DNA of 64,000 nt from the IMG/VR virus record IMGVR_UViG_3300010429_002786, one strand, 5' to 3'. How positions within the stretch are numbered: position 1 is the stretch's first letter; every line of letters begins with the position of its first letter. This DNA comes from a virus. The notes under the pieces are model-generated. The model searched no databases. It saw only the letters and a list, made by a program, of their open reading frames with translations, and was not told the DNA's origin. Position numbers and translations under genes: made by a program. Positions 54,831 through 63,584 of this stretch are shown here, piece after piece.

Positions 54831-55811
54831 TCAGATGAAGATGCTCAGCGGGACGACCTCGAGCGTGCCGCACCAGCCGCTCGACCACTTGTTGAAGCGG
54901 GCCTGCAGGCACCCGGTCGAGCAGCAGGCGGACGATCCTCCGCTCTCCTCATCGATCGAGGCGTAGGCGGTCTGGACGAGCTGCCGCAGAACGACCTCGA
55001 TGTCGAGCGGCCCGGGCGCGACCCCGTCCCCCCAGGTCCAGCCGTTGGCCTTGAAGAGCGCCGCGGCATCGACGCAGAACTTCTCGAGCCTCGTGATCTC
55101 GAGCAGCGACATCATGGCTTCGCGCAGCGTTCTCTGCCCCATTACTTGGCCTCCTCCCCCCATCGCAGAGACAGCGATGGCGCAGTTGACGGAGAGCTCG
55201 CGGCTCTCCTCGGTGACCCCGCCGAGTGTCTGCCCTCCGCACGCGGCGTACATCTTCATCATCAGGGCTTGCTCGGGCGTCGCCTCGGCTCCCCGGCAGA
55301 CCACGTCCTCGGCCGCGCGCTTGAGGCCGGCGAGCGAGTCGCCACGCATGAAGTCGCGCGCAGTCGAACCGATCTCATTCACCACCCGGTCGAGCCGCTC
55401 CTCGAGCGCCTCATCCGAGTACTTCTGCGCCGCCCGAATGCCCGCGGCGCGCGCGTGCTCGAATCGCTTGGCTCCTCCGCCATCGAGGGGAGCCTTCAGG
55501 CCGTAGTCGTGCGCAGCCTGCGCGAGGGCGAGCAGGCGCATGGGGACGTCCATCTCCTCGAGCTCCTCGGGGCGAAGCCCGACGCAGTCGCAGGCGCGCT
55601 TGAGCTCTCTGTCATCCGCGGCTGCGAGGTTGACGAACGAGACATCCCAAACGAACGGCTGCTCGGGGTCTGCGTCCCTGCCGCACGCGCCGACCATGTC
55701 CGTCACGTCGACGAAGAGGTACCCCATGGAGCCGCGCACCCGGACGTAGAGCCCGTGCGTGTCCTCCATGAGCTCTCTCCATCCCCACCTCTGCTGCTGC
55801 TTGCTCAGCAT
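54831..55811 (-). CDS. Hypothetical protein, possibly a fusion of two genes
   Basis: 326 aa with an internal GGAGGAGG RBS and TAATG at 55140-55144. Confidence 0.55.
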   Translation of the reverse strand: MLSKQQQRWGWRELMEDTHGLYVRVRGSMGYLFVDVTDMVGACGRDADPEQPFVWDVSFVNLAAADDRELKRACDCVGLRPEELEEMDVPMRLLALAQAAHDYGLKAPLDGGGAKRFEHARAAGIRAAQKYSDEALEERLDRVVNEIGSTARDFMRGDSLAGLKRAAEDVVCRGAEATPEQALMMKMYAACGGQTLGGVTEESRELSVNCAIAVSAMGGGGQVMGQRTLREAMMSLLEITRLEKFCVDAAALFKANGWTWGDGVAPGPLDIEVVLRQLVQTAYASIDEESGGSSACCSTGCLQARFNKWSSGWCGTLEVVPLSIFI

Positions 55812-55824
55812 GGTTCGTTCCTTT

Positions 55825-56019
55825 CTACCCGTAGACCAGGTAGTGCTGGCGGCGACGACCTGAGATCATGTTACCGATGACCTCGTCGAGCTGCTCACGG
55901 TTGGCACGGATGAAGGCACGGATCGGCCGGCCGCTTCCGCGCCACCAGTTGTAGAGGCCCTCGTCGTTCAAGACCCAGAGTCGGCGGTCCTCATCGTTGA
56001 TGGTCTGCTTGCAGCCCAT
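55825..56019 (-). CDS. Small phage protein with 'LW..NDEGLY' motif
   Basis: 64 aa with GAGGAG RBS. Confidence 0.65.
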   Translation of the reverse strand: MGCKQTINDEDRRLWVLNDEGLYNWWRGSGRPIRAFIRANREQLDEVIGNMISGRRRQHYLVYG

Positions 56020-56032
56020 GGTCTACTCCTCG

Positions 56033-56329
56033 CTAGTGCTTGTGTCCGTTGTGGGACGCCGCGACGAACGGACGCCCGGTGACGCCCTGCTGAGCGAGCC
56101 GCGCCTTGGCGAACGAGGATCCCCTCCTCTCGATCGCCCGCAGCGCGCAGCCCTCGCACCAGCCGGCTCTGGCTGCCGCGGTCGAGTTCCAGTCATTGAT
56201 CTTCACCTCGCCTCGCATGTTGCGCGAGATGCGCCGGCCGCCAGTCGCGAGCTCGGCGTCGAGCTCCTTCAGGGCGTCCTCGGCTTCCTGCTGCGCTTCT
56301 GCCGTGGTCCAGGTAGTATCGCAGGGCAT
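56033..56329 (-). CDS. 'MPCDT' small protein with Cys pair and His-rich C-terminus
   Basis: 98 aa: MPCDT...GWCEGCA.R...SHNGHKH with AAGGAG RBS. Confidence 0.7.
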   Translation of the reverse strand: MPCDTTWTTAEAQQEAEDALKELDAELATGGRRISRNMRGEVKINDWNSTAAARAGWCEGCALRAIERRGSSFAKARLAQQGVTGRPFVAASHNGHKH

Positions 56330-56330
56330 C

Positions 56331-56921
56331 TCAGCTCTCCTTCGGCGGCGGCGGCAGCTTCGCTGCGAGGTGTGGCTTCGCTGCGAGGTGTGGCTTCGCT
56401 GCGAGGTGTGGCTTCGCTGCGAGGTGTGGCTTCGCTGCGAGGTGTTTGACCAGCGCGATGAGCTCGTCCTCGCTCATCACGGGCGTCTCGATGGTGGCGT
56501 AGTACCCCTTGGGCTTGCCGTCCTCGCCCCAGCCGTTGCGGACGACGACGTCGAAGGCGGCTCCGAGGATGTCCGAGAGCTGCCGTGCGAGCTCGCGGCG
56601 CTTCTCCCAGGCGAGCTGGGTGGTGATGCGCTTCTCGAGCTCGGCATCGCTCAGCGGGCCGGCTCCGATGATGCGGCCGCCGCTTCTCTTCTCGGCCGAG
56701 AGCTTGTTCTCCTTGTCGAGCAGGCGGATGTACTTGGTCGCCGTCGACTCGGAGCAGCCGACGGCTCTCGCGATCTGCCGCGTCCAGAGCCACGACTTCG
56801 CGAGGGCCACCTCCCGCTGGATGGCCTCCTGAATCTCCTCGGGGCTGAGCTTCGTTCTACGCGTGATGGGCTTGATCGCCCTCTCCCTCTCCCTCTCCCT
56901 CTCCCTCTCCCTCTCGCTCAT
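56331..56921 (-). CDS. Winged-HTH DNA-binding protein with (ER)n and (AAKPHL)n repeat tails
   Basis: HTH 'TRQIARAVGCSESTATKYIRLL'. Confidence 0.7.
   Translation of the reverse strand: MSERERERERERERAIKPITRRTKLSPEEIQEAIQREVALAKSWLWTRQIARAVGCSESTATKYIRLLDKENKLSAEKRSGGRIIGAGPLSDAELEKRITTQLAWEKRRELARQLSDILGAAFDVVVRNGWGEDGKPKGYYATIETPVMSEDELIALVKHLAAKPHLAAKPHLAAKPHLAAKPHLAAKLPPPPKES
56357..56445. repeat. 18-bp tandem repeat, five copies (gcttcgctgcgaggtgtg)
   Basis: Head-to-tail with no spacers; in frame. Confidence 0.95.
56879..56914. repeat. (ccctct)6 microsatellite encoding an ER repeat
   Basis: Read directly. Confidence 0.95.
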
Positions 56922-57256
56922 GGTGCGTACCTTCCTTCCGTGGTGACGTAGACCAGCGCACCGACCGCCGCGGCTCCCGGGTCGTGCGCGGGCGCGACGA
57001 AGTAGCGACCGACATCGTCCTTGCGCACGCAGAACTTGCTCCCACCCCGGATGGCCCGCTCCTCGGCGATGCACTGGGCGTCATCGAGCGAGAGCGGGAG
57101 CATGAGGCAGGGGAGCCTCGCGAGCTCTTCATTCCACAGGGTCACGACGCCATCGTCGGCGTGCGTGAAGGGAGGGCAGCAGCAGGCGAGCACGCGGGCT
57201 CGCACCTTCTCGAGCTGGACGCAGTTGACGCACTTGCCGCATCGGCTCATCAGCAC
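56918..57256 (-). CDS. Cys-rich hypothetical protein
   Basis: 'CGKCVNC...CCC' with GGAGG RBS. Confidence 0.55.
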   Translation of the reverse strand: MLMSRCGKCVNCVQLEKVRARVLACCCPPFTHADDGVVTLWNEELARLPCLMLPLSLDDAQCIAEERAIRGGSKFCVRKDDVGRYFVAPAHDPGAAAVGALVYVTTEGRYAP

Positions 57257-57681
57257 ACCTCCAGGCTTCTGCGCTCGTGGCGTCGCCCGAAGCCGCCGAG
57301 ATCGATCATGTCGGTGGGCATCTCGACGACGCGCGTCGAGACCTGCAGGTGCACGGTGAGGCTGAAGATCTTCTCGAAGATGACCTGCGCCCCGTGCGTC
57401 CAGAGCTCGAGCGCGCGGCTCTCGAAGTCCCCCGGGGTCACCTGCCCTGCCTTCATCAGGTCGGGGTCGAGCAGGCCGACGATGGACAAGATCGGGGTGT
57501 CGTCGACGAGGTCGTGCTGCACCTCGAGCCCCCAGCAGATGGGCAGCCCAGGGGCGAGCTCGAAGGCGAGACAGGCATCCCGCAGGAAGCCATCGATCGT
57601 CTGGGTGATGATGCGGTTGGCTTCGACTTGCTCCGCATCTTTGCCGCAGCCACGGCCACGACCACGGATGTTCTCCGGCAT
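57250..57681 (-). CDS. Hypothetical protein
   Basis: 143 aa with AGGAG RBS. Confidence 0.6.
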   Translation of the reverse strand: MPENIRGRGRGCGKDAEQVEANRIITQTIDGFLRDACLAFELAPGLPICWGLEVQHDLVDDTPILSIVGLLDPDLMKAGQVTPGDFESRALELWTHGAQVIFEKIFSLTVHLQVSTRVVEMPTDMIDLGGFGRRHERRSLEVC

Positions 57682-57748
57682 GAGCCTCTCCTGATTGTTT
57701 GAGGTGCGCCCATTCGAGCGCGCGCCTCCGCCATCTAGTTCTGTACCA

Positions 57749-58246
57749 CTACCCGACGAGCGCCGTCCAGAGGCGATCGGCGGCTGCGAGGTCGGCTCTG
57801 GAGCCCTTGCGGAGCTCGCGGGCGAGCTGCTCCTCGAGCTCGAGTGTCCTCATCCGCTCGATGTGCATCTGCTGGCGGAGCTCGGGCAGGAGCTGCGCCT
57901 CGATCGGCAGGCTCTCGCCCACCGCGGCGATGACGTCTCCCCGCGCGGCCTCGATGGCTGCGAGGCGCTGCGCGCGCTGCGCGTTGGAGGGGCCAAGGCG
58001 CTGCGCGTTGGAGGGGCTAAGCTTCACGATGTGCAGGTGGCTCGCGCGCCGCGGCGCACCGAGCTGCGGCACTGGGCCGGCGTTCTTCTTGGCGGCCTCG
58101 AGCGCGATCAGGCCGACCTCGAGCTGAGCTGCCGAGGTCGTCCGATCGACGAAGTGCTGGGCCGCCTTCGGCGCCACCTTCTTGACGTACCAGTCCTCGT
58201 AGGAGGTGATGATCGACTGGGGGTACTTGCTGGTGTTCGAGTGCAT
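57749..58246 (-). CDS. Hypothetical protein
   Basis: Preceded by GGAGAACATCC. Confidence 0.6.
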   Translation of the reverse strand: MHSNTSKYPQSIITSYEDWYVKKVAPKAAQHFVDRTTSAAQLEVGLIALEAAKKNAGPVPQLGAPRRASHLHIVKLSPSNAQRLGPSNAQRAQRLAAIEAARGDVIAAVGESLPIEAQLLPELRQQMHIERMRTLELEEQLARELRKGSRADLAAADRLWTALVG

Positions 58247-58389
58247 AGGATGTTCTCCTTCGAGCGCACGTGCGCTGCCGTCTGCGAGCAGTTTGTGAGC
58301 GGGCACCTAGCGCCGGCTGGTGAGCGCTTCGCGATCAAAGCCTCGCGGCGAACCTCTGCGGCGCCTCGCGGCGAACCTCTGCGGCGCGG

Positions 58390-58809
58390 TCACGCGCCCG
58401 AGCCCGAGCCGGGGGCCTTGATCCTACCGCCCCCCGCCGGCCGGTCCTGGCCACGCGCCTCGGCCCGCGCGGCGCGCGCGTCCTCCCTCATGGCCTGGGG
58501 GGTGAGCTTCGGCTGGTTGTAGCGGTCGATGGCCGCCTCCTCGCCCCGATGCCCCTCAGCTGCGCGCTTGTGGGCTCCCTCGGCGGACAGGTGCCCCTCG
58601 CGGGTCTCGCGCCACTGGGCGCTCCGGTCCGACTGAAACGCGGCGCCGTGCCGCTCCTCCGCCAGCTTATCGTTGAGGCGGGCCGCCTCATGGTGATCCG
58701 CCGCCGTGAAGTCGGCATGAGCCGGATGAGCGTGGTCCTCGTAGATCGGCTTGCCGCTCGTCGTGTGGCCGATCACCTTGCCGCCGCGGCTGCCCTCAGG
58801 CGTGGGCAT
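58390..58809 (-). CDS. His-rich protein with 'GSRGGKVIGHTTSGKPIY' motif
   Basis: 139 aa with TGATG coupling; the motif is recalled from large-phage proteins. Confidence 0.6.
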   Translation of the reverse strand: MPTPEGSRGGKVIGHTTSGKPIYEDHAHPAHADFTAADHHEAARLNDKLAEERHGAAFQSDRSAQWRETREGHLSAEGAHKRAAEGHRGEEAAIDRYNQPKLTPQAMREDARAARAEARGQDRPAGGGRIKAPGSGSGA

Positions 58810-59219
58810 CAGAACTCCTCCGGCTGGGTGGCATGCGCCGGCTCCCCACGCTCATCGACGAACATGTGCCTGTCCATCGAGTACATCACGGGCCGCGGCT
58901 TGACGGGCACGGGCTCGGCCGGCAGTCCCATGCGGTTACGCGTTTCGAGGTCCTGCAGGTAGCTGCTCACCATCTCCTGCCAGAGCTCCTCGACGGCCGC
59001 GGCCGGCGGCAGCCCCTTGTACGCCTCGTGCTCGAGGTAGACGGTGCCAGGCGCAGCGATCTGATGCGGCCAGACACCGGAGCCTTCGGTGTTGAGCGCG
59101 CCAACGTTGTAGGCTGTGGGCGCGCGGAACTGGTAGGTCAGATGCACGGGCCCCTGCGGGCCGTGCCAGATGTGGCAGCTGTACCCCATGCCGCCCCACG
59201 AGAGTCTGAAGGTGATCAT
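58809..59219 (-). CDS. Hypothetical protein
   Basis: 136 aa with AAGGAG RBS. Confidence 0.6.
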   Translation of the reverse strand: MITFRLSWGGMGYSCHIWHGPQGPVHLTYQFRAPTAYNVGALNTEGSGVWPHQIAAPGTVYLEHEAYKGLPPAAAVEELWQEMVSSYLQDLETRNRMGLPAEPVPVKPRPVMYSMDRHMFVDERGEPAHATQPEEF

Positions 59220-59220
59220 G

Positions 59221-59868
59221 CTAAGGCTCCTTCGAAGGGATGTAGAACCCCATGAGCTTCTCGAGCACGACGTCGCGCAGGACGTCGAGCTCCTCGGGCG
59301 CTCTGACCTGCAGCGAGATGGTCACGGTGTAGTGATGCTCGAGCCCGACGTGGTAGTCGACATCGATTGGGCTGACGCGTACCCATGGGCCGACCCCGCG
59401 GCCGCTCAGGTCGGCTCCGTAGAACCCTCTATCGCTGGTCTCAGAGGGTACGAACGCCCTCTGAGCACGATCAGCGATCTCGACGGCCGCCGCCCTGGCT
59501 TCGCTCCGCAGCTGGATTCTCTCGGCTATCTCAGGCCAGTGCACCGTGATCTGACGCGGGTGGTACTTGAAGATCTGGCTGCCGCTCGCGGCCCGGGAGA
59601 GCACCCGCAGACGGTTCTGCAGCCGCCTTCGGTTGGCTCTGCCAGCTACCTCCCCCAACACCCGCCAGCGCTGATCGGGGACCATCTCGAGGAGCCTGCG
59701 GCCGAGCCGGCTCATGTCGATCACCCCGCTCACCGGACTGTCTTCCTCCTCGAGCTCGCGGATGTCCCTCCTGGAAGCCTCGAGCACCACCTCGACGAGC
59801 TCGCACTGCCCGTCGGTCAACCCCTCGAGCGGCGGCTGCCACTCGAGCTCGAGGTGAATGATCGTCAT
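59221..59868 (-). CDS. Hypothetical protein
   Basis: 215 aa, ATGA-coupled. Confidence 0.6.
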   Translation of the reverse strand: MTIIHLELEWQPPLEGLTDGQCELVEVVLEASRRDIRELEEEDSPVSGVIDMSRLGRRLLEMVPDQRWRVLGEVAGRANRRRLQNRLRVLSRAASGSQIFKYHPRQITVHWPEIAERIQLRSEARAAAVEIADRAQRAFVPSETSDRGFYGADLSGRGVGPWVRVSPIDVDYHVGLEHHYTVTISLQVRAPEELDVLRDVVLEKLMGFYIPSKEP

Positions 59869-60194
59869 GGTCGCCCCCGCGGCTCAGCCTTCGGCTCAGC
59901 CTCGATGGCCCCAGCCTTCGGCTCAGCCTCGATGGCCCCCGCCAGGAGGTTGACCCACCCGACGAACTGGTAGCGCCACCCGAATCCGGACGCCGTGTCG
60001 GGGCACCGCTCGGGCCGCACCTGATAGGTGCACCCGGCTCCGATCAGGATGAACTGCAGGTGCCCACAGTCGGGCGACCCGAGGTCGACGTTCTGGAAGG
60101 CAGCCCAGCGCACATCGGTGCGTCGGGCCGCCACGGCTCGCATCTGCGTGAGCGCCTCGGGAGCGATGCGCGCTTCGCGTGCTCCGCTATCCAT
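59865..60194 (-). CDS. Hypothetical protein
   Basis: 'WAAFQNVDLGS...GH..F...GWRY' resembles a conserved small phage protein. Confidence 0.55.
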   Translation of the reverse strand: MDSGAREARIAPEALTQMRAVAARRTDVRWAAFQNVDLGSPDCGHLQFILIGAGCTYQVRPERCPDTASGFGWRYQFVGWVNLLAGAIEAEPKAGAIEAEPKAEPRGRP

Positions 60195-60594
60195 CGCACA
60201 CCCCCAGCTCCTCGAGCTCCTGCTGGCGGGCCCACTCGATGTGCTCGCCGGCGATGCGCCTGATGGCGGCCATGAACTCGGCCATGGCGACATCCCAGGC
60301 CTGGCTCCACTCCTCGTCGAGCCCCTCGCGCAGGCTCCTCTGCGAGGCGCGCCGGCGCGCCTCGAGGGCCATCCGGCGCTCCTCGCGCTTGACCATGCGG
60401 CTCAGCTGATGCGCCTGCCGCTTCTCCTTGCCGGTCATCTCAATCCTCCTCGGCGCCTTCGGCGCACAGACGGGCAGCGGCTCCGCGGCCTTCGGCGCGG
60501 CGAGCCAGCTCTCGACGGCTCCGGCGGGCGCCGGCTTCGCGCTGAGGCTGGAGCTGGCTGCCGCAGCCCGCAGCTCGGCGGCTCTGATCAGCAT
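60187..60594 (-). CDS. Hypothetical protein
   Basis: 135 aa with AGGAG RBS. Confidence 0.55.
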   Translation of the reverse strand: MLIRAAELRAAAASSSLSAKPAPAGAVESWLAAPKAAEPLPVCAPKAPRRIEMTGKEKRQAHQLSRMVKREERRMALEARRRASQRSLREGLDEEWSQAWDVAMAEFMAAIRRIAGEHIEWARQQELEELGVCDG

Positions 60595-60607
60595 GACCTA
60601 CTCCTGG

Positions 60608-61339
60608 CTACTCCTGGCTCCTGCGGGCGGCCTTGGCGGCCTTGAGGTCGAAGTCCTTCGGCTGGAAGGCGCTCCCGTCCAGCTCCGCGAGCTCCGCGTA
60701 GTCGACCCGCGGCGCGCCGCAGGTAGCGCGGCCGCGCAGCGTGGTGGCGTGGCTCGGGCGGCCGACGGCCGCGAGGCCGTGGCTCCAGGCCGCGAGCTGG
60801 CTCTGCTGCGTCTCGTCGCCCAGTGCGGCCTGTTCGCCCGCCTGTGCGCGCCACTCCTCCGCCTCCGGCTGGGCGAAGAGGCACTCGCCGTGCACCTCGA
60901 GGATGCCGCGGCGGCAGTCGGCCTTCGGCTCACAGACGGGCAGATCGTCCTGCGGCTCACAGACCGCGCGCTCCGCCGCACAGACGGGCGGAGCGGCCTG
61001 CGGCAGAGCGTAGCAGAGCTGGGCCTGGACAGCCTGCGGCGGGGTGAGCCGGGCGGCCTGCGGGGGAAGGCTGCGCAGGAAGCGCCGGAGCTCGCGCTCT
61101 GCACGGAGCTCCTCGTCGCGTTCCCACCTGACGCGGCTGGCATGCTCGGCTGCCGCCGCGCGGGCTGCGGCGCGCTCGGCCTCCCGGGCGACGCACAGGG
61201 CGGCCGCCTTGTGGGCGCGCGCCTCGATGGCGGCGGCGCTCAGGCGCGAGCGGCGGGCCGGAGGGAGCTGAGGGACGGGCTGCCCGATTTGGGCGCGGGC
61301 TGCCGAGGTGAGGACGGACAGAGCGATGATGGCTTGCAC
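60608..61339 (-). CDS. Hypothetical Ala/Arg-rich protein with VC(E/A)P repeats
   Basis: GTG start with AGGAGGAG RBS. Confidence 0.5.
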   Translation of the reverse strand: MQAIIALSVLTSAARAQIGQPVPQLPPARRSRLSAAAIEARAHKAAALCVAREAERAAARAAAAEHASRVRWERDEELRAERELRRFLRSLPPQAARLTPPQAVQAQLCYALPQAAPPVCAAERAVCEPQDDLPVCEPKADCRRGILEVHGECLFAQPEAEEWRAQAGEQAALGDETQQSQLAAWSHGLAAVGRPSHATTLRGRATCGAPRVDYAELAELDGSAFQPKDFDLKAAKAARRSQE

Positions 61340-62327
61340 GAGATCTCCTCCTACCTTCGGTTGAGGGGCGTAGACCTTAGACGAGCTTCGCTGCGCGGAG
61401 GGCGGGAGCTTCGCTCGATGGTTGAAGTTGAAGGACGGGCAGCGGGCGGCCTTCGGTGGCCGCCTACGTGTCGCAGCGCTCGGGGCACCGGAAGGCGTCG
61501 GGCTGCTGGCACAAGCACCCGGACGGAAGCGGCTGGGGCGGAAGCGGCTGGACCATGTGCGGACTCCTTGCAGGCGCTCGCGCGCCTCCCAGCGCAGGCC
61601 TCCCGGCTGGGGGGCGGACTGGCCGGCCGGCTGCCTTCGGCTAAGGGGCGCCTGTAGGCACCCCGGGGTGGTTGACTGCCCGCGGCTCACAGGGAGGACG
61701 GGTGGCCTTCGGTCTGCCGCGCGCAGCCCACGCGTGAGCGTGTGAGCATGCGTGCTTGGCTGGCTCGCGATAGCGGGCTGCCTCCGGTCTAGGGACTGGG
61801 CTACCGGCTGGGCTACCGGCTGGGCTGGGCCACGCCGGGCTACGGGCTGCCATCGGTGGTCGGCCTTCGGTGGCGGGCGTAGCTGCCTGCTGGGGCCCCA
61901 ACTCCACCGGCTGGTAGTGTGAGCACGCGTGCCGCACCGGCTGAGCGCACGTACTGCGCTACGCTACGCATATGGATCGCGCGCGTGCGCGTGCGCGTGC
62001 GCGTGCACGCGTAGCAAGGCGCGTGCCAGGCCTGCGCTGCGAGGCGAGGCGAAGCAAGCGGCCGCAAGCGAGGCGAGGAGAGACGAGCAACCCCTCGCCT
62101 TGGGTCGCAGCCAAACGGGCCGCCTTGGGCCGGCGGGGGGCCTTCCGGATGATTTTCCCACGCTACCCGGGAAGCGAAGCGAGGCGACAGACCGCGAGCG
62201 AAGACGAGATGCGTCAATCGTGCCGTCGCGTACCAGAGTGGGCCGGGCCGTGTGCCAGATGCACATCAATGTGCATGGGCGGGGGCAAGCGGGGGGTGGG
62301 GCGCGAGAGAACTAGGTCCGAGCGGAC

Positions 62328-63062
62328 CTATTTTGAGCGACGGCCGCCGCGCTTTCCGCGGGTTCGGGGGCGACCGTCGTGGCGCAGGATAACCGCCCGT
62401 GTTTCCAGGGTTGCGGGGAGGCCGCGGCCGCCAGCGACGCAGGGAGTCAGGACGACGGCACGCCCGTCGGACCTGACAACGGTCGCCTGAGGCGCCGACG
62501 CGTCGGACCCGTAGCCTACCGCGCCGAGCTCTGCTGCGGTTGGGGGCGCCATGGTCCGGGCCGTCGGGTGCCGCGAGCACACGTGCTCCACTACCAGAGC
62601 GGCGCCCTCGCGAGCGGCGGCGTGCTCGGCGCGGCCGCCGAACGTCCGGCCCCCCCGCGTAGTGGCGCCCTTGGGCGCTTGCCACGCACGGTCGCTCTCG
62701 TCGCGGGCGCCAGCCCGGAGCGTGTCGAGCGCCGACTGTGCCCGCTCCAAGGCCTGGACCGCAGCGTGGTACCCCGCGACGTCCGGATCCGTGTACTCCG
62801 TGCCTACCGGGATCCACTTACCGTGCGAGTCCCTGATAAAGCGAGTCTCGCACAGAGGCGCGGGATAAGACTGTGCGGACTCGACCAGCCCGGAGTCCGA
62901 CGGCACTAGCTCACGGGCCTCGGGAGAACAGGGGAGCGACGCGACGACAGCGCGGTACGCTGCTACCAGGTACCGGGCCGCGTCTCGCTCACCCTCGAGC
63001 CTCGCCAGCTGGACTCGGCGCGAGTCCGCAAGCGCTGCACTAGAGATCTCTTGCTTGTCCAT
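62328..63062 (-). CDS. Hypothetical protein
   Basis: 'MDKQEISS...'; weak RBS. Confidence 0.4.
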   Translation of the reverse strand: MDKQEISSAALADSRRVQLARLEGERDAARYLVAAYRAVVASLPCSPEARELVPSDSGLVESAQSYPAPLCETRFIRDSHGKWIPVGTEYTDPDVAGYHAAVQALERAQSALDTLRAGARDESDRAWQAPKGATTRGGRTFGGRAEHAAAREGAALVVEHVCSRHPTARTMAPPTAAELGAVGYGSDASAPQATVVRSDGRAVVLTPCVAGGRGLPATLETRAVILRHDGRPRTRGKRGGRRSK

Positions 63063-63149
63063 GGTGCCCCGGGCGTGGTCCGAGCACGCGGCGCCGCCAG
63101 AGTCAGCGGCCAGGGGCGAGAGGTAGGTGGAGCGGAGGGTCATGCTAGC

Positions 63150-63584
63150 CTACTGCACCTGCGCCGCCTGCGCGGTCTCCTGCTCCGTCGGGGTCTGCTT
63201 CGCCGGCGCCTTGGGCGCCTTGGGCGCCTTGACCGCGTCCGCGCCAGCGCGCAGCCGCAGCTTGTCGGACTCCGTCAGCTGCGCCAACGCGTCAGCGGCC
63301 GCCAGCTTGGCCTGCACCGCCGCCTCCGCCCGCTCGCGGGCCGTGGCCTTGGCCACCCTCAGCGCGCGGCGCGCCTTGGAGAGCGCGAGGGAGTCCGCGG
63401 CCGCGACCAGGTCCGCGTTCTCCTCCGCCACGAGCGCCGCGCCGAGCCGCGCGGCAGTCTTCGCCAGCGCGGCGTCGACCGTGCTCTCTCCGTCCTTGCC
63501 CACTCCGGCCATGGTGCGCAGCGCGGCGATGAGAGCTGCGACGGCGACGGTCGGGGCGGCGTTCTTGTGGGCCTTGTGCGACAT
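63150..63584 (-). CDS. Ala/Lys-rich helical hypothetical protein
   Basis: 144 aa, preceded by GGAGAACATCC. Confidence 0.65.
   Translation of the reverse strand: MSHKAHKNAAPTVAVAALIAALRTMAGVGKDGESTVDAALAKTAARLGAALVAEENADLVAAADSLALSKARRALRVAKATARERAEAAVQAKLAAADALAQLTESDKLRLRAGADAVKAPKAPKAPAKQTPTEQETAQAAQVQ

Noticed and set aside
56357..56445. Repeat array as a CRISPR array
   Set aside because: The units are head-to-tail without spacers and are in frame within a CDS. There is no cas operon, and the Cas4-like nuclease is a typical phage recombination exonuclease.
57666..57676. Extra GGAGAACATCC copy (and a near-copy around 48666-48676)
   Set aside because: It lies within the first codons (MPENI) of a gene that has its own upstream RBS, so it was not counted as start-associated.
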